NCBI RefSeq assembly: GCF_001194135.2
Contig: NC_068998.1
Span: 45,404,309-45,468,308 of the forward strand
DNA from: Octopus bimaculoides
Taxonomy: Eukaryota
DNA length: 64,000 nt
Reading direction: 5' to 3'
Below the pieces are notes generated by a model. That model made no database searches and was not told the DNA's origin. It worked only from the letters and a program-made list of their open reading frames with translations. Made by a program: the position numbers and the translations under genes. Below, one piece after another: positions 25,644 to 38,402 of the stretch (within the stretch, counting starts at the first letter, position 1; every line of letters begins with the position of its first letter).

Positions 25644-25844
25644 CTCTTTAGTATTTAAACCAGCCATATCTGGTCCAAGTATTCTACCTGTTTTATATTC
25701 AAACCAGCCTCTCACATTTACCTCACAATGTCATTCAAAACATAAACAATCACTTCATTGAAATCTCAAAGCTACAAGATAATGCCTGATTAATTCAAAT
25801 CGATGTTAATAAATGAGCAGTATACTTAATAGAATAATCTGAAT
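25644..25844 (+). mobile_element. piggyBac-like MITE copy, right end lost
   Basis: TTAA|CTCTTTAGTATTTAAACCAGCCATATC...; colinear with 45203-45421. Confidence 0.7.
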
Positions 25845-26359
25845 TCCAGAGTAGTATTTTAAGGGCCCCTGACAAATTTTGCTTTATATATGTATTTATT
25901 GCAACGAAACAACTAGGTTTCTTTCTCTAACGTTTTATACAGTTCAACATGTTTCCGGACACTGAATCATGTTCCCTCAGTGAGTGCAATTGCAAACTTA
26001 CACAAATGCATGTGTGAAAATCAAAATAGGAATTTTGGAAGAAGTATCTATAAAACAACTTTTTAAATGTCAAATGGCAATGGTAGAGAGGTCTACCTTA
26101 GGGAAAAATCAAAAGGGGCCATGAGTAAAAAAATGGTCAAGAACTGCTGATCTACCCAATTTCACACACAAGTTAGTGGGCAAGCTAAAGTTATCCAGAT
26201 GACATTTGTCTAAGGTATCCTGGCATGGGACAGAACCCAGACCCAAATAGTTGCAAAGTAAGCTCCTTAACCATTTGGCCATACTGCAAATATGTATATG
26301 TATCGGGGGTGTATATTCCAGGTGTGCTAGGTGTGCACTGCACATCCATCGAAAATGGT

Positions 26360-26741
26360 GTTGGCACTCCGTCGCTTATGACGTCGAGGGTTCCAGTTGA
26401 TTCGATCAACGGAACAGCCTGCTCGTGAAATTAATGTGCAAGTGGCTGAGCACTCCACAGACACGTGTACCCTTAATGTAGTTCTTGGGAATATTCAGCG
26501 TGACACAGTGTGACAAGGCTGACCCTTTGAATTACAGGCACAACAGAAACAGGAAGAAAGAGTGAGAGAAAGTTGTGGTGAAAGTGTACAGCAGGGTTCG
26601 CTACCATCCCCTGCTGGAGACTCGTGGAGCTTTAGGTGTTTTCACTCAATAAACACTCACAACGCCCGGTCTGGGAATCGAAACCACGATCCTATGACCG
26701 CGAGTCTGCTGCCCTAACCACTGGGCCATTGCGCCTCCACT
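26360..26741 (-). mobile_element. Full-length tRNA-derived SINE, family B (382 bp), with 11-bp target-site duplication
   Basis: Minus-strand head GGAGGCGCAATGGCCCAGTGGTTAGGGC...GGTTTCGATTCCC; TCGAAAATGGT at 26349-59 and 26742-52. Confidence 0.9.
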
Positions 26742-27914
26742 TCGAAAATGGTAAGGTCATTATAATATTAACCTTGCTCATTAATACGCCTGATTGAATT
26801 TTGGTGGCATTGAGTGAAACAGCACATGCAACACAACAACCACCACTGGTATGTTTGTGCCTCTGTGTGTGTTTATGTAGAAAGAGAAGCGCACAATGTT
26901 AGTTCGGTTGAAATATTTGGTATGTCATATGGTCCCCACTCTACCCTGGTTCAGATTATCTGAATGATAAGTTCCACATCTGTTTTCGTCTTGAGTTGTA
27001 ATGAATAAGGAAAATGTCTAATATTAAAAAGTAGTTGTTCCACCAAAGGCCACTCCATCAAATATTTCTGAACTAAACAAAATACAAATAAAAGTAACTA
27101 TATGTCTGTAGTGAGTGAATCTTGTCGAACAGTCATCTACCTATGTAATGCTAATACATTTTGTTAGGTGCCTCACTAATTCTATTCCTGATAGCCAAAC
27201 ATTTTAGCATTTCTCCTATAATAGAAGAGGATGTTGTGGTGTTTTCAGCTTTCATCTATCTAATTGCTGCCTCTGATGGTATTGCACAAATATTTATGGC
27301 TGTCATTCCAGTCTCTTCATCCAATTAATGTTTCCAGTCTAGTTGCTCATAACTACTTTTGTGTATGTATGTGTGTGTGTGTGAGAGAGAGAGAAAGAGA
27401 GAAAATGAGAAAGATAATACTGTATACGACATATGTATATTTTGTTGGCATAAAGTTATATGTATATGTATGTATATATATATGTATAAACTTTATATTA
27501 CACAGTTTGTTCTGATAGTGTAGTGAAAGCTCAAAAGTAATGAATTTCAAACCAATGTATTATTTATAACTAAAATATATTCTTCCTCAGCAATGCAGTT
27601 TTATAGATGAATGACTCTCTCTCTCTCTCACATACACACACACGCGTATATATATATATATAATACATACATATTGCCGCAGTCAAATGAATGAAACAAA
27701 GAAAATATATATATTTATATATATGTATATATATATAACTATATATATGTATATATATATAACTATATATATGTACATATATATACATACACATACAAAC
27801 AAACACATACATATACAAACTTACATGTACATACACATACATTCACATGCACCCCACCCCATACACACACAAGTACACATATAGGATTCAATTGTTAGAA
27901 TAATTGAATTATTT

Positions 27915-28175
27915 GCTCAAGGAATTAGTGAGTGGCTGAGTACTTCATAGCTACATATACCCTTAACGTAATTCTCAGGCAGAATCAGCATGACAGTGTG
28001 TGTGTGACAAGCCTTAATATCTTTGAATTACAGATACAATGCATCTGAACAGCTTCTATGCAGTTTCCATCTACACATTTCACTCTCCAGTCATGGGTCA
28101 ACCCAAAGCTATAGAAAATGACATTTGCTCAAGATCCCATACGGTGAGATTGAACCTAGGACCTCATCATTGCAA
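27915..28175 (-). mobile_element. Decayed SINE with a family-B-like 3' part and a family-A-like 5' part
   Basis: GTGGCTGAGTACT...TACCCTTAACGTA resembles 26440-26480; CAGTTTCCATCTAC...GATTGAACCTAGG resembles the family A head. Confidence 0.5.
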
Positions 28176-28183
28176 ATCAAATA

Positions 28184-28500
28184 CCAGGTGGTATCAAAAA
28201 GTTCCTAAACTAGTCATGTTTAATAAAAAATAACTTATTTATCTAAGTTTTAACAACATCTCCTTTGAAATGGTCACATTGTGGAGCATTCCTGCCACTT
28301 TTGGAATTCCTCAGTGAGCTGAGGACCTTCTGTGATTCGTTCTGGATCTCAATAACAGTGTTAAAAAAGTGACCTTTCAGCTGCATTTTCATCTTAGGGA
28401 GGGGATGGAAGCCTACAGGTGCTGAATCTAGTAAACAGGGTGAGTGCAAAAGTGATACCATGTTGTATTTGGCAAGGAGAGCTCAGTGAAGAATCCAGTT
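28184..28500 (-). mobile_element. Decayed mariner transposase C-terminus with TIR
   Basis: ORF 28243-28461: HSPCLLDSAPVGFHPLPKMKMQLKGHFFNTVIEIQNESQKVL...DHFKGD, a decayed HPPYSPDLAP-DF-LFPK-K--LKG--F segment; TA|CCAGGTGGTATCAAAAAGTTCC terminus. Confidence 0.8.
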
Positions 28501-28532
28501 CTTCCAATGGACTTTAAAAAATAAATAGATAA

Positions 28533-28856
28533 ATAGGTGCAGGAGTAGCTGTGTAGTAAGAAGCTTGCTTCCCAACCACATGGTCCTGGGTTCAGCTGAA
28601 TTTCTTTCCTGTTGCCAATCTTCACTTGTAATATTTTCCTATAGAACCAGAAATGTTTCTGGGAATTAAGGAAATACACACACACACACACAGTCTTGAA
28701 AGGCTTCTTTCAGTTTCCATCTACCAAATCCACTTACAAAACTTTGGTCAGCCTAATTGCATGCCATAGTGGAAGACATTTAACCAAAATACCATGCAGT
28801 GGGATTGAACCTGGAACCATGTGGTTGGGAAGCAAAATTCTGACCACACAGCTATA

Positions 28857-28860
<4 letters not shown>
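28533..28860. mobile_element. Two family A SINE fragments in opposite orientation (+ 28533-28595; - 28692-28860)
   Basis: GCTTCCCAACCACATGGTCC on + and GGAACCATGTGGTTGGGAAGC about 210 nt downstream. Confidence 0.7.
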
Positions 28861-28912
<52 letters not shown>

Positions 28913-29785
28913 TATAAATATAAACATGTACACATGTGTTTTGAACTTTACTTCATCAACTCACTTGATGTTGAATCATCTTTCATCTTCTTTCAATCTT
29001 GACCCTACGAACTGCTGATCCATATAATGTGTATCATGCTTTCATTAATAGTGGTTATGTGACTTCAAGACTAATTCTTACTTTAGAAGCTCTATGAGAT
29101 AACTAGATCAGTTAATGTTTGATCTGTAGATTCTTAGCAGAAGTTCATATCATTTTTACCACAGTACACTTTTTCGTTGCTTTTTGTTTTTTTGTTCTAG
29201 AGAGCTTCTTTTCGCTGACATTTTAGATTTAGCATGATATTATTGATGAAAGACCTTTTTTGTGTTTGTGTTTGTATGAAAGAAGACCCTTCACCATATA
29301 AGTTGATGCCAATAAGTTTAAAGTTTTGCAATTGTTTCTAATGTTCTCAGCATTAGAACTTTTCAAGTCTCTCTTAGAATGAGAATAACAAATAGCACAT
29401 GAACAAACTGTTTAGAGTTTTACTTACTTTGACCCTGTTCAGGCACCTTAGTATAGTTTTAATGAAATGTCATTTCAATTTATTTTGAAAAACAATCAAA
29501 AATTTGGAAAGATTTTGTAAATTACCTACTTCATTTTATCATTATTAGTATGGTATTCAGAACCTAACTTAAAAGATTGTTTGCTTAAATTTGTTTTATC
29601 ATGTTAGCATGACTTAGATGGGAGGGAAGTGATCAATAATTTGAGAAATATAGCATGATAAAATTTATTTAACCATTAGAAATTCTTATGTAACAACAAT
29701 TGTTTTGCAACTTAAAACAAGCATAGATAATTTATTTTATTATATCTTATAATAAGTAAATTATTTATACATCTACGTTAATATA

Positions 29786-29849
29786 AGCAATCTTTAAATT
29801 GATTCAGATATTAAGCTAGCAATCTTTAAATTGATTCAGATATTAAGCT
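29786..29849 (+). repeat. Perfect 32-bp tandem duplication
   Basis: AGCAATCTTTAAATTGATTCAGATATTAAGCT twice. Confidence 0.9.
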
Positions 29850-30067
29850 AGCCAGCTCCATCCAAGGATTATTGTTATTTTTATTATATTTATCCTACAT
29901 TATATCAGTACAGCTTGAGGCAACCCTGGAAAACTGGTTCACCAGCCAGCATCATTAGACTGTGGCCAGCATAAGAGTATAGGAGTCTTATTTGCATATT
30001 CAAAATGTTTCCCATGTACAAGCTTAAAAGATATATGTATGTATGTATATATATATGTATGTATATA

Positions 30068-31056
30068 TCATCATCATCGTTTAACGTCCGCTTTCCATGC
30101 TAGCATGGGTTGGACGATTTGACTGAGGACTGGTGAAACCAGATGGCAACACCAGGCTCCAGTCTGATTTGGCAGAGTTTCTACAGCTGGATGCCCTTCC
30201 TAACGCCAACCACTCAGAGAGTGTAGTGGGTGCTTTTATGTGTTACCCACACGAAAACGGCCACGCTCGAAATGGTGTCTTTTATGTGCCNNNNNNNNNN
30301 NNNNNNNNNNNNNNNNNNNNNNNNNNNNNNNNNNNNNNNNNNNNNNNNNNNNNNNNNNNNNNNNNNNNNNNNNNNNNNNNNNNNNNNNNNNNNNNNNNNN
30401 NNNNNNNNNNNNNNNNNNNNNNNNNNNNNNNNNNNNNNNNNNNNNNNNNNNNNNNNNNNNNNNNNNNNNNNNNNNNNNNNNNNNNNNNNNNNNNNNNNNN
30501 NNNNNNNNNNNNNNNNNNNNNNNNNNNNNNNNNNNNNNNNNNNNNNNNNNNNNNNNNNNNNNNNNNNNNNNNNNNNNNNNNNNNNNNNNNNNNNNNNNNN
30601 NNNNNNNNNNNNNNNNNNNNNNNNNNNNNNNNNNNNNNNNNNNNNNNNNNNNNNNNNNNNNNNNNNNNNNNNNNNNNNNNNNNNNNNNNNNNNNNNNNNN
30701 NNNNNNNNNNNNNNNNNNNNNNNNNNNNNNNNNNNNNNNNNNNNNNNNNNNNNNNNNNNNNNNNNNNNNNNNNNNNNNNNNNNNNNNNNNNNNNNNNNNN
30801 NNNNNNNTCCATTCTCACCACATGTCCATACCAGCGCAATCGTCTCTCTTGCACGCCACAACTGATGCTTCTAATGTTCAGCTTTTCTCTCAAGATACTT
30901 ACACTCTGACGGGTATTCACATTGACATTACACATCCAACGGAGCATACTGGCTTCATTCCTTGCGAGCTTACGTATGTCCTCAGCAGTTACAGCCCATG
31001 TTTCACTGCCATGTAGCATGGCTGTTCGTACGCATGCGTCATACAGTCTGCCTTTT
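30068..31056 (-). mobile_element. 5'-truncated RTE LINE: RT C-terminal ORF, assembly gap, 3' UTR and (GAT)n tail
   Basis: 30808-31056 encodes KGRLYDACVRTAMLHGSETWAVT...RRLRWYGHVVRM without stops, a typical RTE segment. The tail (CAT)n-CGTTTAACGTCCG recurs in decayed form near 18250, 32244, 34705, 42210, 43050 and 57630. Confidence 0.9.
30291..30807. other. Assembly gap (517 N) inside the RTE copy
   Basis: Run of N. Confidence 1.
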
Positions 31057-31283
31057 ATATATATATATATATATAAACTCTGCTTAGCTGAGAAGAGAAT
31101 AATCCTAAAATATTCACATGATCTGGGTACCTTTGTGAACTCAAAAAGTAATTTTTTAGCAGGTGCCCTCATGATAGTAAATTCATTTGGAAAACATAAT
31201 TTTGAATAGTAAAACTCCTTACATATCAGTATTCTAAACTTAACTGAGAAGAATATTCTTCTGGATTGGTAAACTCACCCTGC

Positions 31284-31336
<53 letters not shown>

Positions 31337-31351
31337 GTTATTATTGTTATT

Positions 31352-31384
<33 letters not shown>

Positions 31385-31984
31385 TCAGTTACATTGTCCA
31401 TCTGTTTTCGGAACTTCTCTAATCATAAAACTTATTACTGGTTCCTTTCTTCATCTATTTATAGGTTCTGAATTTTTACTACACTATAACATTCCTTACT
31501 TCCCTTCAAACTTTCCTTTGAATTCACAAATTGTATTTACCCTTCCACTGTATCAATCCAACATGATTACTTTATTATCATCACACAAAGTTGCTGAATT
31601 GTGACTCCTCCCCACCACTTCAGTCTCTTCAACTAACAAATAATCATTATTAAACCAAAACATCACACATATACAAATGTCATTAAGAACAATTCTTTTA
31701 CGCTTTCATGCTGTCAATAGAAACTTTCTTACACAGGACAGACGACAACCCTATCATCTGCCACTCACAGCAGTCTGCTAGGACTACCAATTATATTGAT
31801 TTCTCTCTCATGCATATGCAAGTGAGACAAAATGGGAGTGTATGACATTCATGGATTTCTTATATGGTGTTGAACAGGAATCAAAACTGAGTCTCTAGAC
31901 ATTTATTTCAATTCTCAAGTAACCACAATCCATAAATATTTTTATATTTCTACTCATTCTTTCTCTCTCTCTCTCTTTGTCTCT

Positions 31985-32018
<34 letters not shown>

Positions 32019-32207
32019 AGACAATCACACGCACAAGCATTGCATTCATAAAAATCTTGCAATAACATCAAGTTCTATAATGTGGAATACATTCTCTTTG
32101 ACTTCCATATAATATGAAAGTCAATGGGGAAATTGGTTTAATTTTGCAGGAATGCACATTACAGTGAGATTTTCAGGGATCCAACATTTCCTCAATGAGA
32201 GGGATGC

Positions 32208-32246
<39 letters not shown>

Positions 32247-32283
32247 TCATTGTTTAATGTCCAACTCCCATGCTTCACATGGG

Positions 32284-32375
<92 letters not shown>

Positions 32376-32420
32376 TACCAGAGCATGACAAAACCAAAGT
32401 TTAGAATGGTAGGAGGGAGG

Positions 32421-32454
<34 letters not shown>

Positions 32455-35400
32455 TATACATAGTGTGTGTGTGTGTGTGAAGTTTTACAGGGAAAAGGCT
32501 ACTAGCTGCCATCAGGTGGATGATGGCTAATAAGCTGAAACTTTGAAGTTGCTGTTAACCTTTTGTTTGTTAAGGTTAATAAATATGTGCTTTTCTAAAA
32601 AGACATTGAGGGATTCTTCATTTGTTTTTGTAATTTCACAAAAAGTAATCATTAAGAGAACACACACACACACACACAGCTGATGCACACATTTGGGTTT
32701 TTTGCCCAATATGTTCCAGTCAGGTCTAAACTTGCTCCCTCCCCCATTTCTGAGATCCTTTTATATTCCTATCGTTCATATCTCTACCATTATTCTACCT
32801 GTACTGCCTGTCACTCATCACTCCCTCTCACTTCTTATCATGGGTCACTTCTGACACTCCCCATTGCTCTCTCTTGCCCTCTACTGTTCTCTTCTTTCAA
32901 TTCCTCTGCTTCTACCATTATTTTCTTGCAACTATCACCCAACTATCCTCATTCTTCCTGTCATCTCCCCCTATTCTATTCCTCTTATCGAACATATTAT
33001 CTTGAGCATAACAACATATGAAATAGTGTGATGACTCTTTAGTCTCATAGGATACAAAGCAATCTCACTAGTTCTGGCACTATAATAAAATGCACCCAAC
33101 ATATTCTGTAAAGTGGCTGAGAAATGAAAGAAGACAACATAGAAATAAGAGGTCCCTTTGTTCCAATGAAGAACATGACAACCTCTCTTACGCTGATGCC
33201 TGGATTAAATGCACTCAATAGTCTCTATAATGTGATTGATAACGTGAGGATAATGTAGAGTCAAGAAAATTTTTTAGTCATGACAAAGACATGACAACTT
33301 TACAAGTATCGGTGCCATGTTAAAACACATCCAGTATATTTTGTAAAGTATCTGGTAACAAGACAGGCATCCAACATTAATCTCTGTCTTATGTAACCCA
33401 CATCAATCACCATCTAACCTATTTTTGTCTTCAATAGCCTACACAAGAATCCCTAAATGAGACTCGTTTACCCACATTCACTCATGTATCATAAAATATT
33501 TTGGTAGAAAGTGAGAAGCAATTTCTATTAAGAAAGTTTATGAATTTTGGTAAATCCTTATACAGTGGAGAGATAATATTATTGATGTTTTGAAAAAAGC
33601 TCTTCACGTCCATAACAAATCTGAAAACGTTTATAGAGGTATTAAGCATATATAAGTTCTTGTAAATGATATTTTCTATAACACACTGCTACTAATTTCC
33701 TCAGATTCTGATTTGCCATCGCCATTTCTATCTTTAAATGTCTCTGTCCACTTTATTGTTCTCTGCAAACACGCAGCCCTAGTTAAAGTTAACGTCACTA
33801 GCATTAATAAATAGCTAAAGATTATCTGTAAACAATTTCTCCCATCAAATATTCATAATCAATTATTTGTTTAAAATAAATCAAACAGCTGCATTCAGCA
33901 AGTTAAAGCAGTGTTAATTAAGCAAGCTACAAGCTTTCATTCTCTTGAAGCAAATATTATAATTGTTGGTGGTGATAGTTTTTGTTGATGTCATAATAAA
34001 TTACATGCTATGAGTAGAGGGTTAGAAAATGTTTTGTTCCATAGTGAAGTGGTCAACATTGGAAGCAATTGATCACTTACTTTGATTTATACAATTCCAT
34101 GCAAAACTGTTGGTTTGATTCTTCTTTTCCTTTCAAATAATTATTGTCTTGAGATTTATATTAATTACTTGACAGTAATCTTTTAGAAATAGCATTGCTT
34201 TAAGATTATTTTCAAAATATTTTATCTCTTAAGTCATTACAGAAAACAAGATTGGGTATTATTGAATATGTTGGCTGCAACCAGCTTATCAGGGAACTGA
34301 AATTGAAGAAAATAGTGTCATTCACTGATTTCTTTTCACTAAGCACCTACTCCACCCCAACCATTTTGTTTTGGAAAGGGCAGTGTTAATTACTGGTGCC
34401 ATTTACATAAACAACCAGGGGAGAATTCTGAACTCAGAAACTAAAAGGACCCAACAAAATACTTTTGTCACACTGGTATGGCATATTGTCACCCATATCA
34501 CAGTTTCTCTGGTGTGTTGTTTTTAGTTACTGTTTTGGATCTGTGACAACATGGGTGTATATAAATTTCTAATGATTGCTGGTAGAGACTTAGGCAGTTA
34601 GAAATTGTGCTTCAGCGTGACAAATATACATAGCAATGATTAAGTCAGGCTGAAGGAGCAAAGAAGTGTTGGTTTGTCATACAAGAAGTCCTTTATACTA
34701 ATCATCATCATCATCATTATTTAACATCCATTTTCTATGCTGGCATGAGTTGAACCGCTTGACAGAAGTTGACCAGCTGAAAGGCTGCTCAGGCTCCATG
34801 TTTGTTTTAGCATGGTTTCTATGGTTAGATGCCCTTCCTAACACAGACCACTTTACAAAGTGTACTGAATGCTTTTTATGCAGCCTTGCTTGTAGAGAGA
34901 GGTGGGACTGTGTGTTCTCAAGTAGCTCTTAAAGCTCTGTGATTGTTCTTGGCAGGCTTTCACCTAAATACTAAGAAAAATGCAAGAAGTGGTCAAAGCC
35001 TTTTGATTAGGTTCATGACATGGCATGATATTGCTGCATGCTGATTGGCTGACAATCAGAACAGACTGCTTGACAAGAGCATGATCTCAGCATGGTACAA
35101 ATCTGGTAACTAAATATTTGAGGTTCAATACTAGGTCTCATTGCATTATATTTTTAGTAAGTGAAGTATTAACCAATCCTCATTTCCAATGATTATAATA
35201 TCCCAAGATGATGAACTGAAGATTCTAGCATTGAATTATACACAGCAATTCATAGAGCCAGTGTGAAACTATAGGCTTCTTTTGATATGTCACAAAGAAC
35301 ATATGCCTCAGCAGGTTGAGTGAAGAAAGATTAAACAATGCAATGTTCATAACCTTCCAATGACCGCATAAATGAAATAGAATAGCTTCAATCCAGAATT

Positions 35401-38354
35401 GAAACCATATTGCAGAATTTACAGTAGTACTAGCGTAATTTTTTTTTATAATTACAGCTATATGTTTTATATTTCTTAATAGTCTTCAAATGTCATTTGT
35501 TTTGTGTTTTTAACTTTTTTTAACTGTGCAACAAGGCTTTACTAATTTATGGACTAATTCTGTGAGGTATTTAATTTTCTGTTTCTGATACATTGAGAGG
35601 AGTGAACTTGAAGTTATGTTTTGAAGCAACAGTCAGGCATATTAATCATTCCTCGTTGATGCTACACTCAATGAATCAGCAAATGAGATTAGACTGAATA
35701 ACTACATGCTAAAAGACAGACATACAACTAATTTACAACAGCTTGTAAAATGCGGTGTTCATTTTTAGAAATGAAATACTGCAACGAGTCATTTACATCA
35801 TGTTTGCAGAGATAAGAACATCTGGAACATAGGTAACATTGTACTTCCTTATATTTTAAAGTAAATTAAAGATAGCTTTCTCTTAACTGTTGTATCTTCT
35901 AAATATATATATTTTACAAAAACTAGACTTGTTTTTGCACTGTCAAAACCATTTCTTCAAATAAAGATTGAAAGCATTTTTCTAAGCTAAAATTTGAACT
36001 AAGAAGAGTATGCTTTAAAATAATCTTGATTGTACAAACATACACAGGCTTCTCACCCTACACACTTGAGGTACATCTTTTGCACTTTCCATTTGAGATC
36101 TTTCATATTCAACCAAAATCAAATCATCATTTCTATATGTTTGGTCCAATTCCTCTTAATCTTCAGTAATCTTCTAAAATTTGCAGTACCTTTTCTCTAT
36201 GAAATTGTTTAAGTGCAGTGAGCTTTATAATGATCTAAACATTTTAAAAGATTATTCAAAACAACACTTCAAATAAAGTCACTTTGCAGACATGTGTAAA
36301 CAGTTTTATTCTTGAATAACTGACTCCATATTCACTTATGCGTGTTATTAAGTCTTGCTATATCAGGAATTTTAACTGAGTGTTATGTCTGGAATTCTCA
36401 GTATATCAGGAACATGACCAGGTTAAGGGAGAACTACAATAACTATAAATAGAGGATAAGAAAAAGTGGTGGCAGGATGGTTAAAGAAATGAAGCAGAAA
36501 TGTGGAACAGAGGCTGTGCTAAAGTTTACAAAAAGGATGTTTCTCTTCACTGTTATTTGAAACCATGTTGACTGAGTAAATAATCTATAGAATGTTAGCA
36601 GTGGCAGTAATGTCAATATATAACGTGGTGTAAGTACATCGTCATCAATAGTTGAAGAATACAATAAATGAAGGACAAGAAGCACTCTAGAAATGAGAGA
36701 AAGAAGAAACAAAACTAAATTCAATATATTGGAAATTCACAAATCATTGACTTTTAAGTAGAGAATAAAAGTGTTAGATCAGATTGTCTGTAATGACAAT
36801 TAAATTTTTGAAATGTCCATTGTCAGGCTACTCAAATATAGATCAGCAACAAGATTAATAATTGTATTTGTGACTTTGAGTCAAAATTAATGCTAACTAA
36901 GTAGTGTGATGTACTGTTTTCTAGTGTATAATAACTGACAGATGTCAAATATGTGGCCACAGGCAAGGTGTCTGAAAAACCACTTGTATTCATGAGCTTT
37001 TTTTTTTTTTTCAGCAGTAATTTCTTTGTTATGTATAATACCTATAATCTATTAAGTTAAATCTAGTATTTGTTAGGAAATGAAAAATAAAAACTGGATC
37101 ATGTAAAATTTCAACACAGAAATATTAGATACTATTTAGAGTGGATGCAGGTTTATCAACATGTTTTAAGAGATTTACATCATAACTATGTGGTTTTACT
37201 TTTGATTGCACAGTGTGAAACATTGAGCAAGTGTCTTCTATCTTAACCTCAGGTCAATAAAAGAAAATTGTGTAGAGCGTCTTCTGGATTGTTTTTGCTA
37301 TGAGGCTGTAGACTTAATTTGTTGCCTGGTTTAATACTGCAAGCTGGTCTATAGTTGCTCTTAACAGAGTACACTCTGTTCATGCATCCAGGTCAGGCCT
37401 CCCTTCCGAAGGTAATTTACTGCCACTAGTCACTTGTGAAAAAGGTTTCAAGCGATACCCTTATTTCTCAGACTCAGTCACAGAAGAAGAGTAAAACACA
37501 GTGTCTTACACTCTACACTTGGTCCCAACACCAATTCTTTATAGTTATTTCTATTCATTTTGAATGGATCCAAAGTAAAGTTATGTTAGCAACAGATATT
37601 ATAATCAACTCCAAGATATTACAGCTATTTATTGTATCCTCAAAATCTATAAAATGCTCATGAGACTGAAGTATATCTGGACTGTCATGGTGTTTAGTGA
37701 ACTGAGGATGTAAGACTCCCCACTGAATTTGACACTAGTTCATCACAGAAGTCGAGAAGGATTAGTCTAAATATAGAAAAATATTTAGTCTGCTGCCATA
37801 TTCCTTCCTCTAATTATAATAATTACTTGAAAATACAGAACTTCAAAGCTCCAATTTGTCTTATCAAGCCACATTTGTCTTTAATAATATTATTTTCTGT
37901 TCAATAACAGTAAGCTGAGACAAAGATTTTAATATTTTCTGTTAACTTAGTAAAACTATTGTGCAAAATATCGTCACGTGTTACCAAAAAAAAAAAATGT
38001 TCATTTATTAAAATCTGAATAGTACTGCCATGTTGTTGTCACAAAGGTTTGGTGTTGTTGTAAAGGTTCATAAGAAGCAAAGACGCTTTATCCTCTGCAA
38101 TTTATGCATTTAATTACGAATGTATCATTAAAAGTCTATCATCACTGTGTCTTTGATATAATGCAACTTACAAGGTTCTTCTTTCACTGCTTTTCTCTTT
38201 ATCCTTCACTTTTACCTTCTCATGGTATATATTTCAGTTAATATGAAGATAATATACAATGATCATGATGTGAGGCATGTATGACTTTTAGTTCTCTTAA
38301 TTCAGTGAATGTTGGGAGTAAGATTATTCTACTAATCTCTCTCTCTCTCTCTCT

Positions 38355-38402
<48 letters not shown>

